The notes below the pieces were generated by a model, which was not told the origin of the DNA, did not search any database, and saw only the letters and a program-made list of their open reading frames with translations. The position numbers and the translations under genes are program-made. Below, piece after piece: positions 38,001 through 48,490 of a stretch of 64,000 bases of DNA (the first letter of the stretch is position 1; the number at the start of each line of letters is the position of its first letter). Origin of the DNA: Strigamia acuminata (lineage: Eukaryota); contig OX442314.1 of assembly GCA_949358305.1 (NCBI GenBank), forward strand, positions 21,638,001-21,702,000, given 5' to 3'.

Positions 38001-38521
38001 ATTAGCGGTTTCGGCGTGCTGCAAGGATAGCAACCATCCTCTGCTACCACTTGTAGCAGAGGAGTGCGCTCACAGTATAAAATACTGTGTGTGGAAGCGA
38101 GTTTAAATGCCGAAACACGGCTAATATGAGCGCAATGACGTGCGCGCACCTCCAGCGCTTGAAAATGGTGGAAAATAAAGTCACTGCACTCTAAAGTGCT
38201 CATATATAGCAAACACAATGTAAAATAAACTAAATGTTTAATAAAAACGAAAATGCTTACATAATTTGGTCCATTTAGATGGAGAAAATACATGAGTGCT
38301 TGCTGGCATGCAAGCGGCCATTGTGATTGTGAAAAACATACATGCACACCATCTGGTGTTAATAATAAGTAATACAAAAGTAAACAGTATAGAGGCAGCA
38401 TTATGCCCAATGTTAAATAATGAAATAAATCCTAATAAATACACTAGGCTGCATAATGCAGTAATACATTAAGAAATGTGCAAAACAAGTACGGAGGACT
38501 GTTTGGCATTGATAAACAACA
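33408..38521 (-). mobile_element. 3'-truncated Ty1/Copia element carrying an MBD (Copia-2)
   Basis: Single LTR-like segment 38052-38521 (TGTAG...CAACA); perfect 18-nt tRNA-iMet PBS 38032-38049; gag-PR-IN-MBD-partial RT; no YVDD, RNase H or 3' LTR. Confidence 0.92.
35073..37199 (-). pseudogene. Copia-2 gag-PR-integrase ending at a premature in-frame TAA inside the integrase core
   Basis: CFNCQEFGHYANKC, WIVDCGATDH, WHSRLGH, DDATRY, TDRGGEF. The same frame continues ETGI*AQRTNPHSPAMNGTAER. Confidence 0.9.
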
Positions 38522-38561
38522 GGGTAATGGGTAAACTTTTTTCGCCAATGTTATTCTCTGG

Positions 38562-38715
38562 TGGACACCTCCCGAGAAAAGCTCGCAGCAGGGGGGCGTT
38601 GGTTCACCGGGGGCTGAACAAACTCCAGCTTGAAGCCCGCAACGGTGGAAAGGACCCAGGCATCTGAAGAAATCAGGCGCCAGGTGGCCAAACAGGCCGG
38701 CAAGCGGCCGGTGAG
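38562..38715 (-). pseudogene. DIRS pol (ORF2) N-terminal remnant
   Basis: Manual translation LTGRLPACLATWRLISSDAWVLSTVAGFKLEFVQPP matches the typical pre-RT motif of DIRS1 pol (GRL..W..D.WVL..G(Y/F).LEF..PP). It joins the frame of ORF 39890-40405 once the hAT is removed. Confidence 0.8.
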
Positions 38716-39992
38716 TAAAGCTTCATTCCCGGGAATTCCCGGGCGGGAATTCCCGGGAATTTTGGCAATTTTTCAATTCCCGATTCCCGGGAAATTAAAA
38801 CAAATTTCCCGGGAAATTGCAAAATTGCAAAAATGCACATGGTGCGCATGAATATATGCCCCATACACGTTGCATAATGCAACGTTTATGCGACGTATAC
38901 GCAAGTCGCATATATATATCGCATTTTCTTCGTCGTCGTGTCTCATTCGCTCCGCATTCCCGTCGCAATCGTTTCACTTTCGCTTCGCATTCTCGTCGCA
39001 TTCTCTTCGTCGTCGCTTTCGATTTGAATTCTTCTCATTTACTATTGGAAGACAATATTCCCATCCTAACAGATACTGTCAGTGCGCTAAAACCGATCAA
39101 ATTGGCAGTCTTGGCACTAGGTAGGCGAGATGCAAACCATTTAACTGCTGATGCGATTCTCAAGTTTGCCATAGAATCTTTGCAAACTAACAACAATGCA
39201 ATTTCAACAGAATTGCTTGACAGATTGTTGGTTCGAATTAACGAGCGCAGGAATAAGGATGTTGTGTCTTTGCTTAAATTTCTGAAAACACTAGATTTGA
39301 CTCCAGATATAAAAGAATTGCCTTCGTCGTCCAAAACATTAATTATTAAATATGCGGTGGATTTGATGAAAAGATTATTTGTAGATAGCTTGGAATTGGA
39401 TACCGAATCCAATGTTTTGGAAGAAGCTAGTTCTAGTTCTACTTCTAGCAATATGACTGATTTAAAGGGCAAGCTGTTTGCTGCAATAAATGCTGCACAG
39501 ATATCCAAATTGCCAACATCGACTTCTATGGCTGTGAGAAAAAAATTTTTACTAAAGAAATTCAACTCTATCAGGCTACTGGAAGTATCACACCAAACAT
39601 TCAAAAGCTTTTGGATGCATTACTTTCAGTACAGCCTACGTCAATTGAAAGTGAGCAAACATTTTCTTTATCGGCCAATTTCTGCACAAAAAAACGATGT
39701 TCGATGAGTGATGTTTCCCTGAATGCACTATGTTTCTTAAAAGCATATTTTTTAAACCTGGAAGAGAATAATTAACAGTATTTCTACTTTATTTTGAATA
39801 AAATATGTCTTTAAAAATTTTTGTTTGTGATTTTTTGTGTTTTTTAGCGTTTTTTTTGTTTTTTTTTGTGTTTTTTTTGCAAAAAAACATTATTTTGTCA
39901 AATTCCCGAAATTTCCCGGGAATTCCCGGGAAATTGATTTGAAATTTCCCGATTCCCGGGAAAAATAAAAGGGCGGAAAAAATGAACCTTTA
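38716..39992 (+). mobile_element. Internally deleted hAT DNA transposon
   Basis: TIRs TAAAGCTTCATT / AATGAACCTTTA; 8-bp TSD CCGGTGAG; TTCCCGGGAA subterminal palindromes. Transposase C-terminus present, with the dimerisation motif LLSVQPTSIESEQTFS...LNALCFLK in a shifted frame (~39555-39775). Confidence 0.92.
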
Positions 39993-40967
39993 CCGGTGAG
40001 TGGCAGAGAATCTACAAAGGAACAAGAGTCGCAAAAGGATCTTACCCTCTCTAGTGAAAGAAGCACGCCCCCGTCCCCTAGCGGGGCGGGGGGCAGCTCG
40101 AAAGGGCTGCTGAGCCGGAAAGCGATCTCTGGTTGCAGGGCGACGCTCTTGCACGTAACGCACTTCCCTGTACGGACGTCTGTCGGGCTGCCTAAAGAGC
40201 GCGGGGCGCGCAGGGCCCTGTTGAGAGGCGGCGGGGCGTCGTCGAGCGGTGGACAGCTTGCCACGTGCCCGGTCGATGGCTGAGATCTCTTCGGAATGCT
40301 GCTTAAAGGCGGCCATGAATCCGCCGCCAAAAAGAAACTCCTCTTTGGAGTCGCGGAACTTGGCGGAGAGGGCAGCGTTCTTGCCACCCAAGCTGCTGAT
40401 GACATTAAAGCGCCTGTCGTTGGAAAGGGAGTCCGACGCCGCGGAAACTAGCAGGAGAATGGCCTTGGCGGCCTCCAAAGTCTCAGATCGAGAAAGGGGT
40501 CTGAAAAATAAGAAGAATGAATAAATAAATCCAAAAATTGAGGGAAAAAACCCACTCTCTCATAACTGCAGAATCAAGAATCTTTGACGCAACCGCGCCA
40601 ACTTTCAAAACCAGAAGGTCAACACTTTTGAGAAAATTCTCCCGGGGGAAAGAGAACGAGGTGGCGCGTCCCCCGATGTACACCTTTACGTCGTCGTCCA
40701 GCTCTTTGCGCTTGAGCGCCGGAACGAGCTCCAAAGGGCGTGGGAAAGCCGCAGAAACTTTCTTCAAAGCCGAAACTGACGGGTGTGAAGCAAGAATTTC
40801 CTGGATACGCTCGGCAGACTTCTTAGCAATAGAAGGTGCAGCGCCGGATTCCACATCCGAATCCGAATCGTCGCCGACAGAAACAGCTGGCTGCCTGCTT
40901 AGGGAGCGGACCTGAGCTCTTAACCTGGAAACTTCGTCTCGAAGATCCACAAAAACGTTGTCTTGAC

Positions 40968-43900
40968 TGTAGAGATTTGATCAACCGTATGGTGTTTGTA
41001 TTGTTCACATCGCACGTTTCCGTATTAGTGCGACTGTTAAGCAACTTGTTTATTGTTACATCATGTCCCGGAGTTGAGGATCGGTTAATATTGACTTTTA
41101 TTAATGCGTGTTACGTTGCCACAACCGTTTCCCCTTTGTGTAATGATTTAGCAAGTTGTCGTCTGCTCAAATGAGCATTTTGTTCATATAATTTGTTCTG
41201 TTATTAGTTATCTTTGTTTTAACTTTGTACAGGATAAATCAACTGATGTTAATCATTGATTTGTCCTATTGATAGATATTGAGTGCAGTTAGCCTCAATG
41301 TATGTATTTTATGTTCACTTATTATGCCTGGAATAAAAATGGCCACTTGCATGGTTTTCAAGTGCAAGTTTTATACAACTGTCTGCCATTATTTCACTGC
41401 ACTCACCAGCCTATTTCCAACAATGGTAGCAGAGGATGGTTTGGTGAGTGTTTAACGTTGCTACAACGTTGAAAAACGGATTCGCGACGTTTTTCTGGCC
41501 TAGAACGTCGATTACGGGTGACCGGAGATCGTCGGAACGAGACGCGGCATTCGAGGACGTTTTCGCGGCACGGCGATTCGAGATTCGCGTGCTTTGTGGC
41601 GCAGAGAAGTCGACGAGTTGCGAACGAGTGGAATTCGACGTTTTTCGTGGGAAAACAACGTGGAATCGTCGGTGGATGGTTACTATAGACAGTAGGAACA
41701 ATTCTAAGTGTTTTGAGAATTTGTTTGGTGGAAATAACACCATTTTTCGTCGTTTCAAATCAACGATGGCGCGTCATACTAAGATGGCGGCGCACACAGT
41801 TCGAGTGTATTAGCAGCTGTGGAAAGTGTTTTCGGAAGTTTTGCAAGTACTTTCAAGTACTTTAAAGGTATTAAATGTTTCTTCAACACCTATAGTGGTG
41901 TTTGTGCTTCGTTTTTCGCCAATATCCGACGATAATTGGCGATTTATCGTCTGCGCACACGTCGATTACGGGTGCGGCGATTTGGAATCGTTTTGGAAAC
42001 GTGTCGGAGCACAGCGCACGTTTTAAATACGTGCCCACCGATTTTGAAGACGTCCGGAGAACGTATTTCGGTGGATAGTGGAGATTTTCGTGTCCGGGAC
42101 CCGAGAAACGAGCGAAGACACGTCGGCATCGCCACGACGATAAGATCGTCGAAATGTAACGGATTCAACTGGAATCAACAAGGATTCAACGCCTGGAATA
42201 AGCGTGGATTGCCAAGACACAGTAGGAAAATCGAAATTATCGTTTTTGTGTATTTTTCAGCCTGATGTGCGGTGCAGCCGAATCCAAAATGGCGCCGCTC
42301 ATGCCAAGCTGGTGAAAAAGGACGAGAATCGTCGCCAACGAGTATTTGGAGCATCTCCATCGTTGGATAACGTCGTGAAGACGTTCTACGGAACAGCGGC
42401 TAGTGTTTCAAGAGGTTTTTGGAATTTTTGCGGCGAACATTTCGATTTTTGGAGCGATTCTTCGCACGCGACGTGCGAATCGAGATTCGCCGATCACGGA
42501 TTGGCCCGTACAGGGTATCTGTGCATCGTTGGACCGGTTAAGTCTTGTACCAGGTGTACAAGTGAATTGCAACGGATTCCAGCGTTAGGATCGACGTTTC
42601 AGCGACGTCTATGTGGGATTTTGCGACGCAAAAGTCCCGCAAACAAGAAGACAACGTGCCAACATATTATTGTTTATTTTCGGGGTTGTCGTGAAACTTT
42701 GTATAGTTATTTAAGGTTTTGTTTTGGGGTCCTTTTGTTTGTTTTCTGCCCTTTACTCAGTCGAGTAGCAGAATCCTATTTCCACACAGGCTATTTCTGG
42801 CCACCAAGTGTCCCGCGGGCCCAGGTGCACCGGTCGGAACTTGGGAAATACTGTGTGGAGTTTGTCATCTCACTTAGTGAGATTAGTCCCAGGGCAGAGT
42901 GTATTTTCGCCTTATTTTTGGAGGAAAAGGAAAAATTAGTGTTTTTGAGTATTTTTCAAAGTGAAAAGTGCATTTTGTGAAAGTGCTGCATTTAATTCGT
43001 GAAAATGTGTTTTGTGCCGTCACTAAATTTATTAGTGAGTTTGGTGTGGTCGTGTGGTGCAAATTTTGCGCCAACAGTGTTTTGTGCAGCAAGAAAGTCT
43101 TCAACGGACAATAGGAATGCCTGCAACAAACAAACAATGGTCGACACACGCAAAGCGCAACTGAAGATGGAAACTCATGCACAAAATGTCTTTAACGGAC
43201 AAACAGTGCATAACGCACTTGATGAACAATTGGAAAAGGAAATTAGTGTTCTAGGAAAAGAGAAAGGATATTTGGAATTGAATTCCGATTTAGATTCGGA
43301 CAAAATTGTATTGTTACTAACACATTTAGTACATAAGAGCGCACTAACAGATAACATAGATACTGTGATAAAGGGCATAGCTGATTTAATCTTAGCGACC
43401 TGTAAGATGCGTGCGAATGAAATGAATGGGCATTGGGATAGTGAAGTGCAGGGCACGAACAATTGTAGACAGGGTCTAAAGGTGATTAATTCAAACAGGG
43501 TTTCGAAAATCACACAGAATTGTTCAGGAATTTCGAATGCCAATATGAAAAACAAGGAAAATGACCAATTTGAAGTTGGTAACTTGAAATATTCGAACCG
43601 GGTTCGGAATAAAAAGAATAAAAAGACCGAGGGGGACAGAAAGTTGAATACCTCGATTAGGATTGATGGAATTAACATTCAAGGTTCTTGTAGACAGAAT
43701 CAGCAAAGGGTTTTTGTAAAAACCGAAGAAAAAAGTCCCCCATCATGGAAACAGAACAGGAAATTAAACAATTTGAGTAAAAGATGTTTAAATGATAAAG
43801 AATTGGATTGTGCAACTACAATTAAAGGTGGTGACCCCCTTAATGGACATAGATCAGCAAAAATAGAATTTTTGAACCGGGTTCGAAATAGAGAGAGAGA

Positions 43901-46895
43901 GGGGGATCCAAATAGAATTGGTCCTTTGAAGAAGATTTCAGGGAAGTCTAAAAGGGGTTTAAGTAACCAAAAGTCAAGTATGACAACAGGGATTAAACAG
44001 AATGGTCCCTTGAATTCTGGTACTAAAAACCAGAAAAAGAATTCCAGAAAGGGAAATGTTAGAAAACAGGTAAACTGTATGGACTTTACAGTAAAGGACA
44101 GGGTCCTCCCATTCAATTTATGGCATACCCGCCTAGGGTATTTAGATAAAGACAGTGTTCTTAATATGAATGGGTCAAGAAATGTTTATGGGGTTCAGTT
44201 AGTGGATACTGATCCAATAGAACCAGCCAAAGTTAAAATTTCCTCAACACGGAAGAATAATAACAAGAAAATTTTAGAAGTTGTGCATTTGAGTGTTTGG
44301 AGGGCCCCACATACAACTGGGGAAAAATATATCATTATAACAGATAATTGTACTGAATATGTGTGGCTTAGGCCATTAAAGAGAAACAGCATTTTAGTGG
44401 AATTTCAAAATTGGCTAAGTGAAATTAAATGCTTGACAGGAACCGTAAATAGAGTTTATTTGGGCCCTGGAATAGATTTTTCCACGGATGAATTAGCAAA
44501 ATGGGTAGAAGTAATGAAGAATTACGGGATTACAATTAACAGTGTAGATTCTGATGACCCAATGGCTAACTCCATCTCCGAGAAGGCTAATGCAGATATC
44601 ATAAATGGGGTGGAAAGTTTGATTGTAGAAAATAAATTCCCAAGTTATTTGTGGTTGGAGCTAGCCAACACAATGGTCTATTTACGAAATAGAGCCCCCA
44701 AGACTAATTTGGATTGGAAATCCCCGCATAATGTATTATACGACCAAGGTGTATCGGTACGACATCTCAGATGCGTGGGGTCTAGAGTTAAAGTTACCCA
44801 TATTAATGATGGGAAGAGATGTTCTTGGATGGGTGCTTTAATTGGCTATTCAAGGTTTGGAAGAAAATACCGGGTCTGGGATCCACTGAGAGATAGGATA
44901 TTCCAAACAAGTAATGTGAGAATACATGAGTGGAGTTATTGGCACGAGGGGGAAGTTAAACCCTCTCTGGAATTTTCCAATGTGGATCAAACTTCGGATA
45001 GTGCAGGAGTTGAAATTCCATCAAGGGTTGAGGTGCCAATATCCTCCCATCTGGAAGTCCCCTCAACATTAGACTTGTTGAAATTAGAAAATCCCCCATT
45101 GTCGTTAAGCAGAGAAATTGACATTAATAAGTGCGAAGGTATTGAAAACGAGGGGGAACACTTATTGCCGCAAGTACATTCCAAAGTGGGACAGAATTTC
45201 AGCAATGAGGAAATTGATTCATCATTAGAAATTCCTCCAAGTCCAACGACTGATTTGGTCGATTCGAACAGAAGTGGGACTATCAACACAGAGGGGGAAC
45301 ACTTAGAAAGGATTGAATGTGATCTCTTGAAGACACATGTCGATTCTAAAGTGGATGCGTTTCCAAACGACGACATGAAAGATTATCAATCTAGGGTTGA
45401 TAAAGTTGCATTGTCGACACGTACGGAAGTTGACATAGATGAGTACAAACCTATTATAGAAGAGGGGGAACATTTTGGAAGTGTTGAACAGAAACCGATG
45501 GAATTGAACCAAGAAGGGAAATTTAATGATAAGGAAATTGGTTTGCTAATGGAAATTCCTTCAGAGTTAACACATGAGGAGTCTGAGACTATTGCAAATG
45601 AAAGGCAAAAATTGGAACAGTTTACATTGGAATTTGAGTCCAAATCCGATGAAAGGTTTAGACAGATCGATCCCATGAAAGTTTGTGAGATTTCTTCGAC
45701 GTCACTGGAAGATGACATTTCCCCAACACCGATAGAGACACTCATAGGTGTGAATGAATACAAATCCATTGGGATAGAGGGGGAATGTGAAAAGACAAAA
45801 AGACGTAAGAAAAGGTGTAAGAAAACCAAGAGTAATACTTTAATGAAAACAAATGACGTGGGCGTGAGACTTAAACAAAATTTAGACATGACCGAAAAGA
45901 ATTTGGTTAATGAGGAGGAAGACCGAGATAGGTGTTACACTCATAATCAGAAATTTGATTCCTTATTGTCAAGTTTGGGAAAACGGACTGGACAGGTCAC
46001 GATACATGACTTAGACTTTGTGTGGGATGAGAATTACTTATATGTCAAATAGTTAGTTGTAAGAGGAATAATGGTTTTAACCTGAATGAGTTTTGGTTTG
46101 ACTTTTACGACGAGAAACCGTTATTCCCAGCATATGCCCTTACTCCTCTGTTAGATGAGAATACTGGAGTAATTAGAGACTTTAATAGGGACTTGAATTT
46201 TTTTGAATGTATTTGATTCGGGTCTATTTGATTTTTGTAACAGGAATCCAGTACACCCAGCATATCCCATTTTTAACATGCGGATGATTGAACTCGAACC
46301 TGTTGTATACTGACCATTATTTAAGATGTAATTGTGTTTAATCAGACTAGCATTTGTTTTTCGTTTGGGATGTTGTGGAATAATCAAACAGATGGAGTTG
46401 TTGTTTTTCAATGTAACCATGCGTTGATCAGAGGGGGATTTGTAGAGATTTGATCAACCGTATGGTGTTTGTATTGTTCACATCGCACGTTTCCGTATTA
46501 GTGCGACTGTTAAGCAACTTGTTTATTGTTACATCATGTCCCGGAGTTGAGGATCGGTTAATATTGACTTTTATTAATGCGTGTTACGTTGCCACAACCG
46601 TTTCCCCTTTGTGTAATGATTTAGCAAGTTGTCGTCTGCTCAAATGAGCATTTTGTTCATATAATTTGTTCTGTTATTAGTTATCTTTGTTTTAACTTTG
46701 TACAGGATAAATCAACTGATGTTAATCATTGATTTGTCCTATTGATAGATATTGAGTGCAGTTAGCCTCAATGTATGTATTTTATGTTCACTTATTATGC
46801 CTGGAATAAAAATGGCCACTTGCATGGTTTTCAAGTGCAAGTTTTATACAACTGTCTGCCATTATTTCACTGCACTCACCAGCCTATTTCCAACA
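40968..46895 (+). mobile_element. Non-autonomous Copia-derived LTR element (Copia-3)
   Basis: 455-bp TG...CA LTRs at 40968-41422 and 46441-46895, identical by eye; TSD TTGAC; 19-nt tRNA-iMet PBS 41424-41442; PPT AGAGGGGGATT; no RT or RNase H motifs. Confidence 0.95.
43005..46052 (+). CDS. Copia-3 ~1015-aa ORF: unknown N-terminus, degenerate integrase, acidic repetitive tail
   Basis: Uninterrupted ORF. LWHTRLGYL, LEVVHLSVW, ANSISEKAN, LWLELANTMVYLRNR, GALIGY and YRVWDP align with the Copia-1 integrase. Start could be 43005 or 43137. Confidence 0.8.
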   Translation: MCFVPSLNLLVSLVWSCGANFAPTVFCAARKSSTDNRNACNKQTMVDTRKAQLKMETHAQNVFNGQTVHNALDEQLEKEISVLGKEKGYLELNSDLDSDKIVLLLTHLVHKSALTDNIDTVIKGIADLILATCKMRANEMNGHWDSEVQGTNNCRQGLKVINSNRVSKITQNCSGISNANMKNKENDQFEVGNLKYSNRVRNKKNKKTEGDRKLNTSIRIDGINIQGSCRQNQQRVFVKTEEKSPPSWKQNRKLNNLSKRCLNDKELDCATTIKGGDPLNGHRSAKIEFLNRVRNREREGDPNRIGPLKKISGKSKRGLSNQKSSMTTGIKQNGPLNSGTKNQKKNSRKGNVRKQVNCMDFTVKDRVLPFNLWHTRLGYLDKDSVLNMNGSRNVYGVQLVDTDPIEPAKVKISSTRKNNNKKILEVVHLSVWRAPHTTGEKYIIITDNCTEYVWLRPLKRNSILVEFQNWLSEIKCLTGTVNRVYLGPGIDFSTDELAKWVEVMKNYGITINSVDSDDPMANSISEKANADIINGVESLIVENKFPSYLWLELANTMVYLRNRAPKTNLDWKSPHNVLYDQGVSVRHLRCVGSRVKVTHINDGKRCSWMGALIGYSRFGRKYRVWDPLRDRIFQTSNVRIHEWSYWHEGEVKPSLEFSNVDQTSDSAGVEIPSRVEVPISSHLEVPSTLDLLKLENPPLSLSREIDINKCEGIENEGEHLLPQVHSKVGQNFSNEEIDSSLEIPPSPTTDLVDSNRSGTINTEGEHLERIECDLLKTHVDSKVDAFPNDDMKDYQSRVDKVALSTRTEVDIDEYKPIIEEGEHFGSVEQKPMELNQEGKFNDKEIGLLMEIPSELTHEESETIANERQKLEQFTLEFESKSDERFRQIDPMKVCEISSTSLEDDISPTPIETLIGVNEYKSIGIEGECEKTKRRKKRCKKTKSNTLMKTNDVGVRLKQNLDMTEKNLVNEEEDRDRCYTHNQKFDSLLSSLGKRTGQVTIHDLDFVWDENYLYVK

Positions 46896-48041
46896 TTGAC
46901 GTGGGGGCGGCGTAAAAAAGTCCTCTTCCGGTGCGTAGTCCAAATCGGACTCGGGGTCGCGGAAAAGCAGAGGAGAATCGCCCGCATCCGGGGAAGAAGA
47001 AGTACGACGGTCGCTGTGACGGTCGCCAAGATGGGCGCCGTGACGATCGCCAGAAATGTCGTCGTGATGGTCGCCGTGACGGTCAGCACGGTTCGGTACG
47101 AAGGTCGCAGACGCAGAGCGAGACATGCGCTGACCCGACGTCCGAGAAGAGTCCCTCGCGAAAAGTGGGCGCGTTTCGCGGGACAACGTTTGAGAAAACG
47201 TCAGCAAGTCTTGAAGACCTTGTAGAAAATGTGGCGCTTGCGACACGACCGGCTCGGTCACGTCGACTCGACGTTCAACATGGCGGGATGCCTCGACGAC
47301 GGCGTCGGCCACGTTGGGGCCCGACGTTTCATCCACGACAGCGGTTCTCGCCGTTTTCTGCTTATTGGCAGCTGGGCGGCCACGTTTGGACGGGCCACCG
47401 GCGTTATTATCATCCGCCATGGTAAGAAAAACGACAAAACTAACCCGAAAAACAGCAGCGAAAAATTATCCTGTAAACCAAAATGGCAGAAGAAATTAGA
47501 CTGAAGATTCGTACTGTCCATAGCCCAGAGTAAGAGTGTAACCTGGCGGTGGATTTTTCTTTAAAGTTCTGTGTTAAAATGGAGAAATTAGACAATTCCT
47601 AAATTAGCACATTTATTTTCACTGTTGTATAATATAATTCAGCACGTGCACAATAATCAGCAAATTACGCAATAGCCCATATGGAGCATATATTGATTGA
47701 TTTATTTAGTTTTATATCACTTGAGTTGTGTATTGACACACATGTGTGATACACTTGTGCAGTTTACAATAGAATAAGATTCAATGAGTTGGAAGTGTGC
47801 GCATTGGTTCCATTCCTGTGCAGAACGACTCCGAACTAATACAATCCGATTTGGACGAAACGTTGGTCGACGAATCGACGTAGACGAATCGCTCAGAGCT
47901 CGTTTATATTGTAAGTACAGTATAAGGAATCCTGTTATTGGATGAGTCAATTTACCATAGTCAATATCGTGCAGTTTCTGTAATAAACGAAAGTGGGTAG
48001 AGTACTCGTAGTCGTTTAATCTTTAATATTATTTTATTTCT

Positions 48042-48150
48042 TGTGACCAGCTGCCCACGCAGGGTGATCACTTGCCTGCGATACAGGGCACTTAGTGCAG
48101 CTCTTGCGCCACTCGTGCACGGCCTGGTGCAGTCCCCCGCACCAGGTGGC
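48042..48150 (+). mobile_element. Truncated remnant of the 20984 solo LTR
   Basis: Begins TGTGACCAGCTGCCCACGC at the paralogous site; only ~109 bp remain. Confidence 0.75.
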
Positions 48151-48490
48151 TATTATTTTATTTCTTGCATTTGTAATACGGTTACGCGTACGTTTACAAT
48201 TTGATTTCAAAGTCTCTCTACTTGCTGGGTCATTTTATTAACACAAAACTATCTGGTCACTTAACGTCGAAAAATCGTGAATAAGACAGCTTTGCAGACA
48301 ATTGTGAAGTTTGCCAAGCTGTAAAAAGCAAGAATACTCAACATCAAAAAAAAATTACAAAAACAAAACCAGCACCAAAGAATAAATAAACAAATTGCAA
48401 ACGACAAACTCCTACCATCAGAGCCTAACAACAAATAAAGGCGTTGCTTCTGAGTCTACTTTTGTTTTTATTTTAAGGTTCCGACTGATA

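Larger units (their letters stand above)
39993..47420 (-). pseudogene. DIRS ORF1 (gag-like), interrupted by Copia-3 and containing a probable 55-nt intron
   Basis: 47420-46896 (MADDNNAGG...PPPRQ) joins 40962-40556 (DNVFVDLRDEV...AVMRE) in frame. Removing 40555-40501 joins it in frame to PLSRSETLEAAKAIL...RGRGR. Confidence 0.8.
32104..47633 (-). mobile_element. DIRS1-type tyrosine-recombinase retrotransposon with nested insertions and an internal deletion
   Basis: ITRs ~32152-32278 and ~47494-47620; ICR 32363-32464; AAT at both junctions. The paralogous empty site is CCAAAGAAATGTAATTCAGCAC at ~20566-20587. Contains ORF1, a pol N-terminus and the YR. Confidence 0.93.

Noticed and set aside
38032..38049. 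tRNA-Met gene (also 30387-30404 and 41424-41442)
   Set aside because: Only 18-19 nt complementary to the tRNA 3' end including CCA, adjacent to LTRs: these are primer-binding sites.
38817..39707. Functional 296-aa transposase
   Set aside because: The N-terminus is non-coding subterminal sequence, the catalytic N-terminal part is deleted, and the dimerisation domain is frameshifted.
42204..42980. 258-aa ORF in the Copia-3 leader (and 29585-30253 in Copia-1)
   Set aside because: Non-ATG starts, no recognisable motifs, and located in CpG-rich leader sequence where stops are rarer.
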